DNA from: an uncultured Verrucomicrobiae bacterium
Lineage (GTDB): Bacteria; Verrucomicrobiota; Verrucomicrobiia; Chthoniobacterales; JAFAMB01
Length of the DNA: 64,000 nucleotides
Assembly (NCBI GenBank): GCA_963782115.1
Contig: CAWAIK010000005.1
Location: forward strand, 128,001-192,000
Direction: 5' to 3'
The position numbers and the translations under genes are program-made. Each line of letters starts with the position of its first letter. The first letter of the stretch is position 1. The notes beneath the pieces are model-generated. The model was given only the letters and a program-made list of their open reading frames with translations, was not told the DNA's origin and made no database searches. Shown here piece by piece: positions 1 to 10,590 of this stretch.

Positions 1-1
1 T

Positions 2-279
2 AGTCATAAGGTTATAGTCGGCCAGTTCGGAAGTGGAGAAATCCTGGCGTTTGATGCGGTTACCGGCCGCTTTGAGGGGAGACTCCGAGATCCGAGCGAC
101 AATCCCATTGTCATCGACGGGCTCTGGGGAATTTCCTTTGGTGCTGGACAGCCCTCGCCGCAGACCTCTGGACCTGCCAATACGCTCTTTTTCGCAGCTG
201 GCCCAACATGGGGAACGATGGCATTTTCGGAACCTTGACTCCGGTGGCAAGCGATCTAACGCAAGGCAACGACCAGTAG
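2..279 (+). pseudogene. TIGR03118-family protein, C-terminal part (runs in from the window edge; frameshift near 205)
   Basis: Frame 2 reads VGQFGSGEILAFDAVTGRFEGRLRDPSDNPIVIDGLWGISFG...NTLFFAAGP; the shifted frame continues NDGIFGTLTPV...GNDQ*. Confidence 0.7.
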
Positions 280-606
280 CGAATCGTCCAGCCAATCGGT
301 GCCGAGCAGTTTCGTTCGCTGGCCAACCGTGAATTTGCCCGACAGGTGTGACATCCAACAGGGGTGAGAAAACCTGCAGCCCTGGTCCGCTTGCGGATAG
401 CAACCCAGGTGGAACCACGATCGGCCACAGCGTGAGCGACAATGCCTCGTAACAAGCTGCTCGAGCAGCCGATTGAACTGCGCCGGCGGCAACCGTTGGA
501 TTGGCTCCCGCGTCGGCCACACTTTCAGCACGTCGGTTGGGCTCTATGATTGGCCCTTCGCCCAATGCAGTTACTGCCTGTGCCGATCGAAACGGTTCTT
601 CCCGGT

Positions 607-923
607 TTATTGGACCGGCGTGGGTGCGGCGGCGAACTTGTCATTATAGGATTGGACCGCCCGCAAAATTTGGGGGTTTATTTCGTGTTTAATGGACTCG
701 GTTGCGGCCCGGATGGCATTTTTGATCGCCAGCGGCGAACTCGCTCCATGAGCGATAATGCACACGCCATTTACGCCGAGCAACGGCGTGCCACCGTACT
801 CCTCGTAATTGGTCTTTTTCCGAATCGACTTCAATGGCGATATTCTTTGAGCGCTAGGACTGCTCCCTCGATGGCGTTTTTGGGTGCGTAATCACCCCCC
901 ATTGCGTCTAAGGCGATCCTCAT
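607..923 (-). pseudogene. plsX: Phosphate acyltransferase PlsX, N- and C-termini only (large internal deletion)
   Basis: MRIALDAMGGDYAP N-terminus joined at ~835 to NYEEYGGTPLLGVNGVCIIAHGASSPLAIKNAI C-terminus. Confidence 0.9.
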
Positions 924-1242
924 AGCGCATTCTCCGCGGCATCGCGCCGAAGATTTTCGTGGGATAGCTGCCCAACGCAAGAAGAGCCCTCGATCAACTC
1001 GAAATTCGGCATGGGACAATAACTGCGCAGAAAGCACACAAAGCGAAAAAAATTTCGGCGATTGACCGCAACGGGCCGGGCGACAACGACTTTCTCCCCG
1101 GGAGAGTATCTTGCTTTAGCTTTGGTTAAATTCCCACAAGGGGGGAAACACGGCGAGCCGCCGTGTTTGTGCCCGATCCTGAACGTGGCTACGGGGTGTG
1201 TGTCTCTGGGCCAGCCGAGCTCTTTGATGGTTCGAGAGATCA

Positions 1243-1490
1243 CCTTGCAGGGTGATGGTGCCGTGTCGAATGTAGTCATGGGTCTGGGTGCGCACATAAC
1301 CCTTCTTCAAAGGAAGGCCCAGTTGGGTGCGCTCCAGTGCCTGGCATTGACTCTTCTCGTCGCAACAGAGCACCAAAGCCCGCTCAGGGGGATCCAAATA
1401 GAGCCCGATGACGTCCCAGAATTTCTCTTCGAAGTTCGGGTCATTGGAGATCTCAAAAGTTTCCAATCGATGTGGCTTAATATCGTTGCC
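1243..1490 (-). mobile_element. IS630-family transposase internal fragment
   Basis: [52 protein letters not shown]...THDYIRHGT. Confidence 0.85.
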
Positions 1491-1518
1491 ATTCCCTCGC
1501 GATCAAAGCGGAGAAGGT

Positions 1519-1884
1519 TCAGTCTGAGAGCCTTTGCAATGCGTCCCTCAGGTTTTGGTAGGTCACTACTTGCACCTGGGAACTATAATGAAAGTGAGAC
1601 AGAATATTGAGTCCGATATCTTTATGTGGATCGGGAATCACTCTGACAATCAATCCCACCTGCTTTGCAGCAAAAAGGTCCATGATCGCGGCAATGTAGG
1701 AGGCACCGGTAGGGTCCATGGACTTCAACCCGCTTAGGTCACTGAGTAGTCGAAAGCCCGGTCCGATATCTGCGGTCAAGGCGCGGAGCTGTTCCGCGCA
1801 CTCTCGCATTTCGCCAGCGCTAACATTTTCTGACCAAGTGATTTTGATCAGGCGATTGATGTCGTCAGCTTCAACGGAGAACAT
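1519..1884 (-). CDS. Hypothetical 121-aa protein, possible STAS/SpoIIAA-like fold
   Basis: Clean ORF with globular composition (PGFRLLSDLSGL...VRVIPDPHKDIG). Confidence 0.6.
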   Translation of the reverse strand: MFSVEADDINRLIKITWSENVSAGEMRECAEQLRALTADIGPGFRLLSDLSGLKSMDPTGASYIAAIMDLFAAKQVGLIVRVIPDPHKDIGLNILSHFHYSSQVQVVTYQNLRDALQRLSD

Positions 1885-2109
1885 ATGTCTAATTGGATGC
1901 CGTGCGGGTGGTCAAGCCGGGCTCGCCAAAGGATGATATCTAGCAATTCCTGACAGTCCAGAGCAGGGGCGCGTCTTTTTAAACAGGCAGCATCCCAAGG
2001 AGCCCTTCATCTTTCTTCCTAGAGACGTGAGCAACGACTTTTTCATCTTTGTATTCATTGAGCCATGTTGATTTTACTTTGGCAAAACCTGTGCTGCAAC
2101 GCTCGCGCA

Positions 2110-3020
2110 TCAGGTGAAGACTTGGCTGCGATTAAAGCTCCGCACCTCCAACTGAAACGAGCGCCCGAACAATCCTTGCAACCGCCGTCGCAGCAGCATC
2201 AACGCGTGAACCGGCTGGCGCTCTGCGAAGAAAAGTTGTTCGACTTCCGTCGAAGGCACACCTTGCCCGTCATCAGTAACGCTCATCTCTAGCCACGGCC
2301 CTGCCGGACGGACCACCAGACGCAGTCGCCCGGCCTCCGGCGAGGAACGGAGTCCGTGCCCCACGGCATTCTCCACCAGCGGCTGCAGTGAGAAAGGGGG
2401 CATTAAGACCTTCGATAGTCCCGGATCGATCGCCTCCTCCACGTTCAATCGGCTACCGAACCGCAGCATCTCGATGTCGAGATACATACGCACAATCGCC
2501 AACTCTTCCTCCAGTGGAACCAGCGCTCGTTCGTGTTGATCGAAACTAGCACGCAGAAAATGGCGCGATCGCCCCACCGCGCGTGGGACTTCACGAGGTG
2601 CGATCCTCGAAAGCGCCGCTAGAGTATTCAGTGCGTTGAAGAGGAAATGTGGATTCATGCGCGCCTGCAGAGCACGCACCTCCGCCGAGGCCGCCGCCCG
2701 GGTTTGCTCATCACGGTCACGTACCTGTTCAACGATCGCCAGAATCAACGCCGTGCCCAAACCTTGCAACACAGGGGCCATTCCGATCTCCTCCAGCCTG
2801 TGCAGAGCCGCGTCCGAATCAGGAGCGCTCAATAGGATGAGACCGCTCCGGAGCAACGATATCCCCAAGGTCAGACAGAATCCCGTGAGTGGTTATTGCG
2901 CCAGCTTTGGACGCCATCGATACAGCCAACCTCCGGCCAGCCCACCGCACAACATGGAAATTGCGATGGAGCCTAACGGCAGGCCGTCGTGCGCGACCGC
3001 CAACCAGGTGACCTGTCGAG
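2110..3020 (-). pseudogene. LytS/YehU-type sensor histidine kinase, 5' part lost, in-frame stop near 2892
   Basis: ALQARMNPHFLFNALN, PFSLQPLVENAVGHG and VTDDGQG motifs; upstream TM segment contains TAA. Confidence 0.8.
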
Positions 3021-3744
3021 GGACCTTGCCAAGGCAAGGGCTGAATCGCTCGGCAAGGGCATTTTTGGCGTTCAGGGTACTGCTCCCGCAATCGCGTAAT
3101 GAGGCGCATGGCCGAATTTATAGAGCATCTGCGAAAGCCGTAAATGGAACGAAAGATCCAATAGGTGGCTTTCACCGCCTGCATTTGCGGCGGTTTGCAA
3201 CCGCCACAGACGCTTACTTCGTATCGAGATGGTTGTTTGCCACGTTGGTTTCTCCTTTGGTTTGCGTTGGGGATTGGGTTTTTGCGCCGTTCTTACAAAA
3301 ATCGTATGGTCCTGCGGAGTCGCGCCAGTCCGAACGACGATTACGGCAATTGGGACAAAAAAGGTCGGTCTCTCAAACAAATAGCGTTGATTGCCGCGAA
3401 TTCTGGAGGCAACGCGGGAATTTCTCGCCGCTGACTCAAAGATCAAACCGACACATGAATAAGAACTCTTTATTGTTGAAAGCATTTACCCTGGCATGCC
3501 TACTTTGGGTTTCCCAGTAGAATTGGAACCAATTTTTACCGTAAGATCTCACCTGCCTATTATGAATAACAGATGGAGGAATGCACTTATGAAAGTTTTT
3601 GCTCTCAAGAAGTTAGGATCAAAATTCAAGGCGCATATCACTACCTGCGCCATTCCCGACAAAACATTTATCTGGCTGCCATTTACCGGAGGGATTTTAG
3701 CTTTTGCAGTGATCCTACCAAAGCCCCATGGGTAAATAGTTAGC

Positions 3745-5650
3745 ATTTCGACGGACAGCAGGGCGGCATCCAGCCCGTGTCCTGTGACGTCGATGAGGTA
3801 AAGGGCGAGGTGATCGTCGTCCACCCAGTGGTAACCGATGGTATCGCCGCCGAGGGTGGAAGCCGGGAGGTAGCGCCAATCAACCGAGACCACCCCGTCC
3901 ATTGGCGGCGGAATGCAGTCCCGCACGTATTGGATACCGGCGGCAAACTCCGCGCGCATGCGCTCGTCGCCGAGGTTCTCGAGCACGGCGGAGGCGTCCA
4001 CCAGATCGGGCATAGTTGAGCCTTCGGGGGAGACGCCGCCCACCGCGCTGAGCGCTCTGAACGCTTCTTCGCGGCGGCCTTGTTTTTGCCAAAGTCGGGC
4101 GAGGCTCGTCGTGGCGCGCAGTTTCCACGCTTTGCTCTGCTGACGGTGGGCTATCTCGACGGCCTGCCGGAAGCATTGCTCAGCCGCGGTTTGATCATCC
4201 AACTCCGCCAGCAGCAATTCGCCCTTCAATCGATGCAACTCCGCTTCCTGAAACCGATCATCGTTTTTCTCCACGAGCGTGAGTGCCTCGTTCAAGGCTT
4301 CGCGCGCTTCAGCAAATCTACCCGTGCGCGTGCAGCCATCCGCCAGGATGCTCAAATAATACGGGCGCCAGTTCGGCTCCTGAGCCTGGTAGGCTTCCAG
4401 CCCTTTTTGCAGCAGTCGAAGCCCTTGCTCCAGTTGACCCTGTAGGAGCAAACCTCCAGCGACGTAGAGCGTGCCCGATGCGTGCCAAAAAAGAAACCCT
4501 TGCTCCGTCGCGATCCGAACTTGCTCGTCGCCGGCGGCCTGCGCCGGAATTCCAAGTCGGCAATGCTGGTAGAGCCAGGCCGTGTGATGCAGTGCGTATT
4601 CTAGACTGAAGGGCTGATTGATGGTGCGCGCGAGCTCGAGCATCTCATCGTTGAGTCGCAGCGCTTGGTCCGGAAAACCGAGGTGCCACAGGGCCAGCGC
4701 CAGATAACAGCGGTGAGTGACGCCGGCATCCTCGCCTACGAGTCCGGCCCAGTATGCCGTGCGCTCCCGGTCGTCGAACTCGTCGATCGCTCGAGAGCAA
4801 CATTCGCGGGCCCCGGCAAAATCGCCCCGATAAAGCCGTGAAAGGGCCTTCAGAAAGAGAGCCTCCATCAGGATGCCGGGATCGTTGAGCCGCTCGCCAA
4901 ACGCCATCGCTTCGTCCGCCAGTTCGGTGCAGATTCGGAAATCGCCGCGGACGATATGGAACGCGAGAATTTCCCCACATCATTGCGAAGAGCTGCGGCG
5001 TCTGCCCCACCCGCTCGCACAGCGCCTGGGCACGCCGGAAAACCGGACCTACTTCCGGCGCTGCATACCCGCGTGAGGCAATGTAAGCGGTGCCTAGTGG
5101 ACCGAGCAGCTCCAGTTCGCGAGCGTCACGTTCGGGCGATGCCTCCTGCGTTTCAAGAAGCCTCAGACCCTTTGTGAGGTGGCTGATGGCCTCGACATGG
5201 GCGAAGCGATCTCACGACCGCAGACCCGCCCTCAAGCAATACCCGATCGCCTTATCGATGATCCCGGCTTCGATGAAATGCTCACGCGAGCAGTTCCGGC
5301 TGCGTCTCCACCAAGTGCGTAAACCGCGCTTCCAACACCGCGGCGACCTGTTGATGAAATCGCCGGCGCTTCGGCCCGTCGATCGCACCGTGCAACGCTT
5401 CCTCGAGCAGCGCATGCTTAAAGAGGTACATTGGCCCAGTGCGCGAAAAGTCTCCTCACGCTCTCGGGCGGGCGTGAGTCCGGTCCCCGGACAGCGCTCG
5501 TTCGGGGGCAGAAATAGCAGCTTGGCAAATAGCGCCAGGAACTCCGGCCTGCACAGATCGTACTCCTCCAGATGCTGCGCCAATCGGTCGAAGCAAGGCA
5601 TCGGTGAAGGATCGTGCCCTACCCCGAGGAAGCGCTGCAGATCGAGATGA
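3745..5650 (-). pseudogene. AAA-ATPase/TPR multidomain signalling protein with start of a C-terminal PP2C/SpoIIE domain; fragmented
   Basis: EAELHRLKGELLL...WKLRATTSLARLWQKQG TPR region followed by LGGDTIGYHWVDDDHLALYLIDVTGHG; several frameshifts and deletions upstream. Confidence 0.75.
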
Positions 5651-5669
5651 ACCTTCTGCTCATCGGTAC

Positions 5670-5850
5670 GCTTCAATCTTTCGCGCTTTGCTCATGGCGA
5701 GTTGCTCGCGTTCGCGTGGTCGAGCAAACATTTCCTCCAATACCTTAGTCAATCGAATCTGAGATTTCACCATCTCGACTGGATTGCGATGGGTCTGGAT
5801 GATTACTGCGGCAGGAAACACTGTCAACACCTTATCCAGGCCGTAAGTTC
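5670..5850 (-). pseudogene. Sulfotransferase-family fragment
   Basis: Minus strand reads YGLDKVLTVFPAAVIIQTHRNP, resembling the FPDA.IIQTHRDP motif. Confidence 0.55.
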
Positions 5851-6085
5851 AGACGCACGGCAGCGACCGTTGGGTCCTGGGCCGGTGCCGAGTCCGCGGC
5901 TGACTCTGTAGTGACACTTGGCCGCAAACATTCTCGTCCTGTTGAATACCTGGCCCGGTTTGCACCAAAATCCTCCAATCGCGTCCGGCGCCTCGCCTCG
6001 GCACAAAGAGAATCACTTTTCAGCAACCATCTGTGAATCTGCGGTTTAAAATTCGGAATTCGGGTTTAGTGCAGTCTGTCCTGCT

Positions 6086-6469
6086 TCAGCCCTTCAAGGT
6101 TAGGAGCTTTTGGGCGATCCGTGCCGGTGGAGAAGCTACTTCTCCCTCGCCCGTCAAGGGGAAATGCATCCGAAAAAGAGCAGCTAGCATCGCGACCGAG
6201 TTGTCACTCCATAATCCACCGTGACCCCAAATAATTTCCTTCGGGACGCGCACAATCCAAAACGGCACACGAGCATTTCCCGTATAAACAAATTGCCATC
6301 GACGCCAAATTTCCCGTTCGCTCGGCGGACGAACTTCATCAGGATTATAATTGCCGTCGCGGCAGAAGCGATCTTCATGGCCGTCATTATGCTCACTCGT
6401 ATAAAAGGTATAATCAGGGATAATCAGGGTGGTTCTTTCTGAAATTAGCGTCGAACGCCCGGTTCTCAT
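6086..6469 (-). CDS. Hypothetical protein, 127 aa
   Basis: ATG-started ORF; no family recognised. Confidence 0.3.
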   Translation of the reverse strand: MRTGRSTLISERTTLIIPDYTFYTSEHNDGHEDRFCRDGNYNPDEVRPPSEREIWRRWQFVYTGNARVPFWIVRVPKEIIWGHGGLWSDNSVAMLAALFRMHFPLTGEGEVASPPARIAQKLLTLKG

Positions 6470-6791
6470 AGGCGATCAGTCCAGGCGGTGGTGTTGTTTC
6501 ACCAAGTGGATTTGTACAAATATTCGAGCTCCGACATTAGCTGACGGGAGCCAATCGAACTATCCGCAGGGTTAAACGCCACGGCCATGTCCCATGGGCT
6601 GGTATTGCGCGAAGCCTGCGCTGCTGGCATCAAGGATCGAGTGCGAAATGGTGACTTCGTGCAGAAAAGTGGAACCGTTTCGTGACATTGCGATAATGAA
6701 AATCGCCGGTGAGTCCGATTTGGCATGATTTTTCGCGGGCTAGAAGTTCGCCCAATTCAAGCTGCGGGCCGATCAAGTTGACATTGTTTGG

Positions 6792-6851
6792 CGTTCAACG
6801 TTCAGCGTTCAACGTTCAACGTTCAGCGTTCAACGTTCAACGTTCAACGTT
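6792..6851. repeat. Heptamer tandem repeat (CGTTCAA/CGTTCAG), 8 copies plus a partial
   Basis: Read directly from the sequence. Confidence 0.95.
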
Positions 6852-7326
6852 TGGCGATTTGAAAGAGCCGGACGAGTAGTCGGTCCCAAAGTAGCGGCAG
6901 CCGATGTCTGCGTAGAAGCGTCGTGCGATTTGAAATTCAAAGCCGCCCTACAACCCTGCGCATCCACGGAGGTCGAAAGGTTCAGGTAATAGCCGCTCGC
7001 CTGAAACAAGCATCTGGACTTCTCCAATTCTATGCTCAGCGGGATAATGTACCCGAACGCTCCGAGATTTCTTAGCGGATAATGCGCTGAGACACGGTCT
7101 ACCCCCGAAGTACTCCCTCTCCTCGGAGGGAAGGCGCGCTCCCACGTCTCCTTCCGGAAAAGGGATCCAAACGGGAAACCCGATGCTCGCCTCAAAGGGT
7201 GACTCGCTCGGTGTCGGCTCCGACACTGGTGGGGGAAGTGGAAGGGGGCCAGCGTTTGCGCCGATGGTTCATTTGGCGAGAGAAGGTCGACTTTCAACCG
7301 ATAGAAGTCCAGTCTCTCGCTCCTCA

Positions 7327-7878
7327 TTATATTGGCACGTGAACCGGCTCTTCCGATAATCGGGTTGGGCATCGCTTGAGGATCCAGTGGATCAAGCGTG
7401 TTTCGGCGTCTTTCAGTCTCAGACCATCGAGCGTTGTTACGAGATCACGAAGATGCATGCTTAATGACGTCAGCATCCGAAGAGCCAGATCCTGCCGGCG
7501 ATTTAGGAATTGCAGGAATTCTTGTTTCAAGATGAGAATAACTTCGCTTTCCTCAACGGCTTGAGCATGGGCGGGGTAGCCACCTTCACTGACGATGGCA
7601 GCCTCGGCCAGAGTTTCTCCAGCGTGGAAAAGGTGAATTATTTGCTCACGGCCGTCAGGCGCGATGCGATAGATTTTAACGAGACCCTTACGCACGAGGT
7701 AGAAGCCAGCGGCAGGATCGCCTTCGTGAAAGAGATACTGTCCCTTGGCGAGACGTTTGAGGAAAGCAAAACTAGCCAGGTCGCGGAGATCCGCTTCGGA
7801 AATCCCGTTAAATAAGGGGGTAGATTGGAGGGAATAAGTAATGGCGGCGATCCGCAGGCTTTCACGTTCGCGGTGCAT
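7327..7878 (-). pseudogene. Crp/Fnr-family (DNR-like) regulator, truncated just before the HTH
   Basis: LFHEGDPAAGFYLVRKGLVKIYR cNMP-like domain; ends at EEPVHVPI, whereas copy 2 continues GTTKMLLAGELGIRSETLSR. Confidence 0.85.
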
Positions 7879-7947
7879 ACCTTCAGATTACCAGAAATCA
7901 CCTGTTTTCACCCTCCCGAATACCGTCGGAGCGAATTAAGTAAAATC

Positions 7948-7961
7948 TTGATCTGGATCAA
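7948..7961. promoter_or_regulatory. Perfect FNR/DNR box TTGAT-N4-ATCAA
   Basis: TTGATCTGGATCAA between the divergent Crp/Fnr and cupin genes. Confidence 0.9.
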
Positions 7962-7995
7962 GGTCATCTGCGGCAATCGGGTGGAAAATACCAGT

Positions 7996-8349
7996 ATGGC
8001 GGAACCATCTATCTTCCAAGATGTGCCGAAAATCATTACACTTGCGGACGAGATACCATTGGTGCCAGACGGCATTGTCAGCCGAACGCTTTTCAAATCC
8101 CCTTTCGCCCGCGTCGTGCTATTCAGTTTTGCCGAAGGCGAGGAACTGAGCGAGCATACTAGTTCGCTTCGCGTCATCGTGCAGATTCTCAATGGCACGT
8201 GCGATTTCAACGTCGGTTCAGAAAGGAGACTTCTCGTAGCGGGCGACGTCGTCTATATGCCTCCGCACTTGTTGCATTCGGTAAAGGCAACGAAAGCCTT
8301 TTCCATGCTCCTAACTCTCATCACGAACCCAAGTGAAAAAGAACCATGA
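7996..8349 (+). CDS. Cupin domain protein
   Basis: GIVSRTLF...VVLFSFAEGEELSEHT...VVYMPPHLLHSVKA; likely start MAEPS at 7996. Confidence 0.85.
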   Translation: MAEPSIFQDVPKIITLADEIPLVPDGIVSRTLFKSPFARVVLFSFAEGEELSEHTSSLRVIVQILNGTCDFNVGSERRLLVAGDVVYMPPHLLHSVKATKAFSMLLTLITNPSEKEP

Positions 8350-9146
8350 GATCAACCAGACGCCTACCCGGAGAGCACCTCGATGCCAGCAAGATGCCCG
8401 GACATTGGCTGCTTGCGCGCCTCGGCAAGCGCGTACTCCGACCCGGCGGTCTCGAACTTACCCGGTGTATGCTCGACGGCCTAAGCATCCAAGCCGATGA
8501 TGACGTTGTCGAATTTGCCCCTGGCCTCGGCGTCACCGCGCGATTGACCCTGGCTCGGAAACCGCGCTCGTACATCGCCATTGAAAGCGATGAAGATGCC
8601 GCCAGGATCGTGCGACGCTACCTTCAAGGCCTCGGGCGAGACTGTCTCATCGCCAGTGCAGAGGAGACTGGCTTGGCGAACGCACAGGCGAGCGTGGTTT
8701 ATGGCGAAGCCATGCTGACGATGCAAAGCCAACGTCAAAAATCGACCATAATCGCCGAAGCAGCGCGACTGTTGCGTCCTGGGGGTCGGTATGGCATTCA
8801 CGAACTCTGCCTTGTGCCAGACGAACTGCCACAACAAACGCGTGACCTGATAGAGCGCGACCTAGCCACCACGATCCGCGTGGGCGCACGGCCTTTGACC
8901 AGTCAGCAATGGTCTGCACTCCTAACTGAACAGGGGTTCAACATAACACGCTGCGCGACAGTCCCGATGCATCTGCTTGAGCTTCCTCGATTAATCCAAG
9001 ACGAGGGATTGTGGCGCGTTTCATTGATCGCTAGCAGGCTCCTTCGCGATGCAGATGCGCGCTCGCGTCTCCTCGCCATGAAGAAGGTATTCCGCAAACA
9101 TGGCTCCCACCTCCGCGGCATCATCATTATCGGACGAAAACCTTGA
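8346..9146 (+). CDS. Class I SAM-dependent methyltransferase
   Basis: VVEFAPGLG motif I and LLRPGGRYGIHE; ATGA overlap with the cupin gene. Confidence 0.85.
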   Translation: MRSTRRLPGEHLDASKMPGHWLLARLGKRVLRPGGLELTRCMLDGLSIQADDDVVEFAPGLGVTARLTLARKPRSYIAIESDEDAARIVRRYLQGLGRDCLIASAEETGLANAQASVVYGEAMLTMQSQRQKSTIIAEAARLLRPGGRYGIHELCLVPDELPQQTRDLIERDLATTIRVGARPLTSQQWSALLTEQGFNITRCATVPMHLLELPRLIQDEGLWRVSLIASRLLRDADARSRLLAMKKVFRKHGSHLRGIIIIGRKP

Positions 9147-9169
9147 CGCTGGATTGCGAGGAGCGACCA

Positions 9170-10026
9170 TTACATCGTGCTGGTGTTGACGGGTCTCGGG
9201 CTGATCATCGTGGGTATCGGCCTTTAAGCTGGCGCTGGTGCCGTTTCACTTGTGGACGCCGGATGTGTACCAGGGTGCTCCTGCGCCAGTGACTGCCTTC
9301 GTGGCTACCGTCTCCAAAGGAGCGATGTTCGCGCTGCTGCTACGTTACTTCACGAAAGTGGACTTCCATCAGAATGAATCTCTGGTGGTGATTTTTGGAG
9401 TAATCGCCGCGGCCTCAATGTTCGCGGGGAACTTGCTCGCGCTCTTGCAGAACAATGTGAAGCGTCTTCTGGCCTACTCTTCCATCGCGCACCTGGATTA
9501 TTTGCTGGTGGCATTCTTGGCCAGTGGTTCGATGGCGGTGACAGCCGTGGCCTATTACCTAACCGCGTATTTTGTGACGACGCTTGGCGCGTTCGGCATC
9601 GTCACGGTGCTTTCCGGCAGAGACCGGGAAGCCGATGCAATTGAGGATTACCAAGGGCTGGCTTGGCAGCGACCTTGGGTAGCGACGGTATTTACCGTGA
9701 CGCTCTTGTCGCTGGCGGGAATCCCTTTGACTGCAGGTTTCGTGGGCAAGTTTTACGTTCTGGCCGCAGGAGCCGGGTCGGGGTTGTGGTGGCTGGTGCT
9801 CATCCTGGTCGTCACGAGCGCCGTCGGCTTGTTTTACTACCTCCGCGTCCTTGTGGTCATGTACCGGCTTCCTTCGCCGGAAATCGAGCCTTCGCCGGTA
9901 AAGCTGTCTATCTCCTTGGGGGGAAGTTTCGTGCTGGGGGCGCTGACGCTGTTGCTCGTCTGGCTGGGAGTCTATCCCGCGCCGTTTATCGAGTTGATTC
10001 AGACCACGCTGGCCAGTTTGACTCAA
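9170..10026 (+). pseudogene. nuoN: NADH-quinone oxidoreductase subunit N, C-terminal part only
   Basis: KLALVPFHLWTPDVYQGAP, NVKRLLAYSSIAH, SLAGIPLTAGFVGKF; 5' part missing. Confidence 0.9.
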
Positions 10027-10079
10027 CAAATTCGGTGCTCGGTCCTCTTTGCCAGCGGGGTTTGCAGCCGCACGCCCAT

Positions 10080-10590
10080 TCAACCTTTGTAAGTGAGGAT
10101 CCGGCCCCAAAGACTCTTGGTACCCCAGATGCCCGAACGCAGGCATTCGAGCTGAACGATCTGGCTGTGATCCACAAAGAGGTTTACTTCCGGGCCGTAG
10201 TTTTTGATATACCACGCGAAGACTTCAGGATCCGCTGCTTCGAACATCGGCTTCTCCAGCCCCAGACCATTGATGGTCCTGGCGACCACATCGGTGCGCC
10301 AGCTCTTCACGTTCTCGGTTATACCCTCCGACTCGATCATAATCATGTACGCACCGGCAGCGACAAAACGCTTCGCCTGTGAGATCGCCCATTCGGGATC
10401 GCGCGTTCCTTCGGCTTCCAGCTCCGCTGCGGCTGTTGCTCCACCTGCCCGAATTGGATTCCGACTCGGGCTTGGCCTTTAAACCCGCTTTTTGCACTTT
10501 CTCCACCAAGCGCAGCCAATCGTCGGTCGGGATCGTGATGAAGCCGGTGGAGATTTCCACGATGTCGAATCCGAGCCGCTTGCATTCCTC
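10080..10590 (-). pseudogene. comA: Phosphosulfolactate synthase (ComA/HSA32-like), 3' part, frameshifted
   Basis: Close paralog of 32160-32673 (MIMIESEGITENVK...SLWGRILTYKG). Confidence 0.9.

Noticed and set aside
2636..3520. 294-aa plus-strand ORF and the many other long overlapping ORFs (e.g. 43243-44157, 54072-54959, 57105-57821)
   Set aside because: Antisense or off-frame shadows of recognisable GC-rich genes, with no motifs of their own.
7825..7995. N-terminal extension of the cupin ORF (and similar extensions at 23500, 24571, 50167, 59513)
   Set aside because: They overlap neighbouring genes or promoters; family similarity starts at the downstream ATG.
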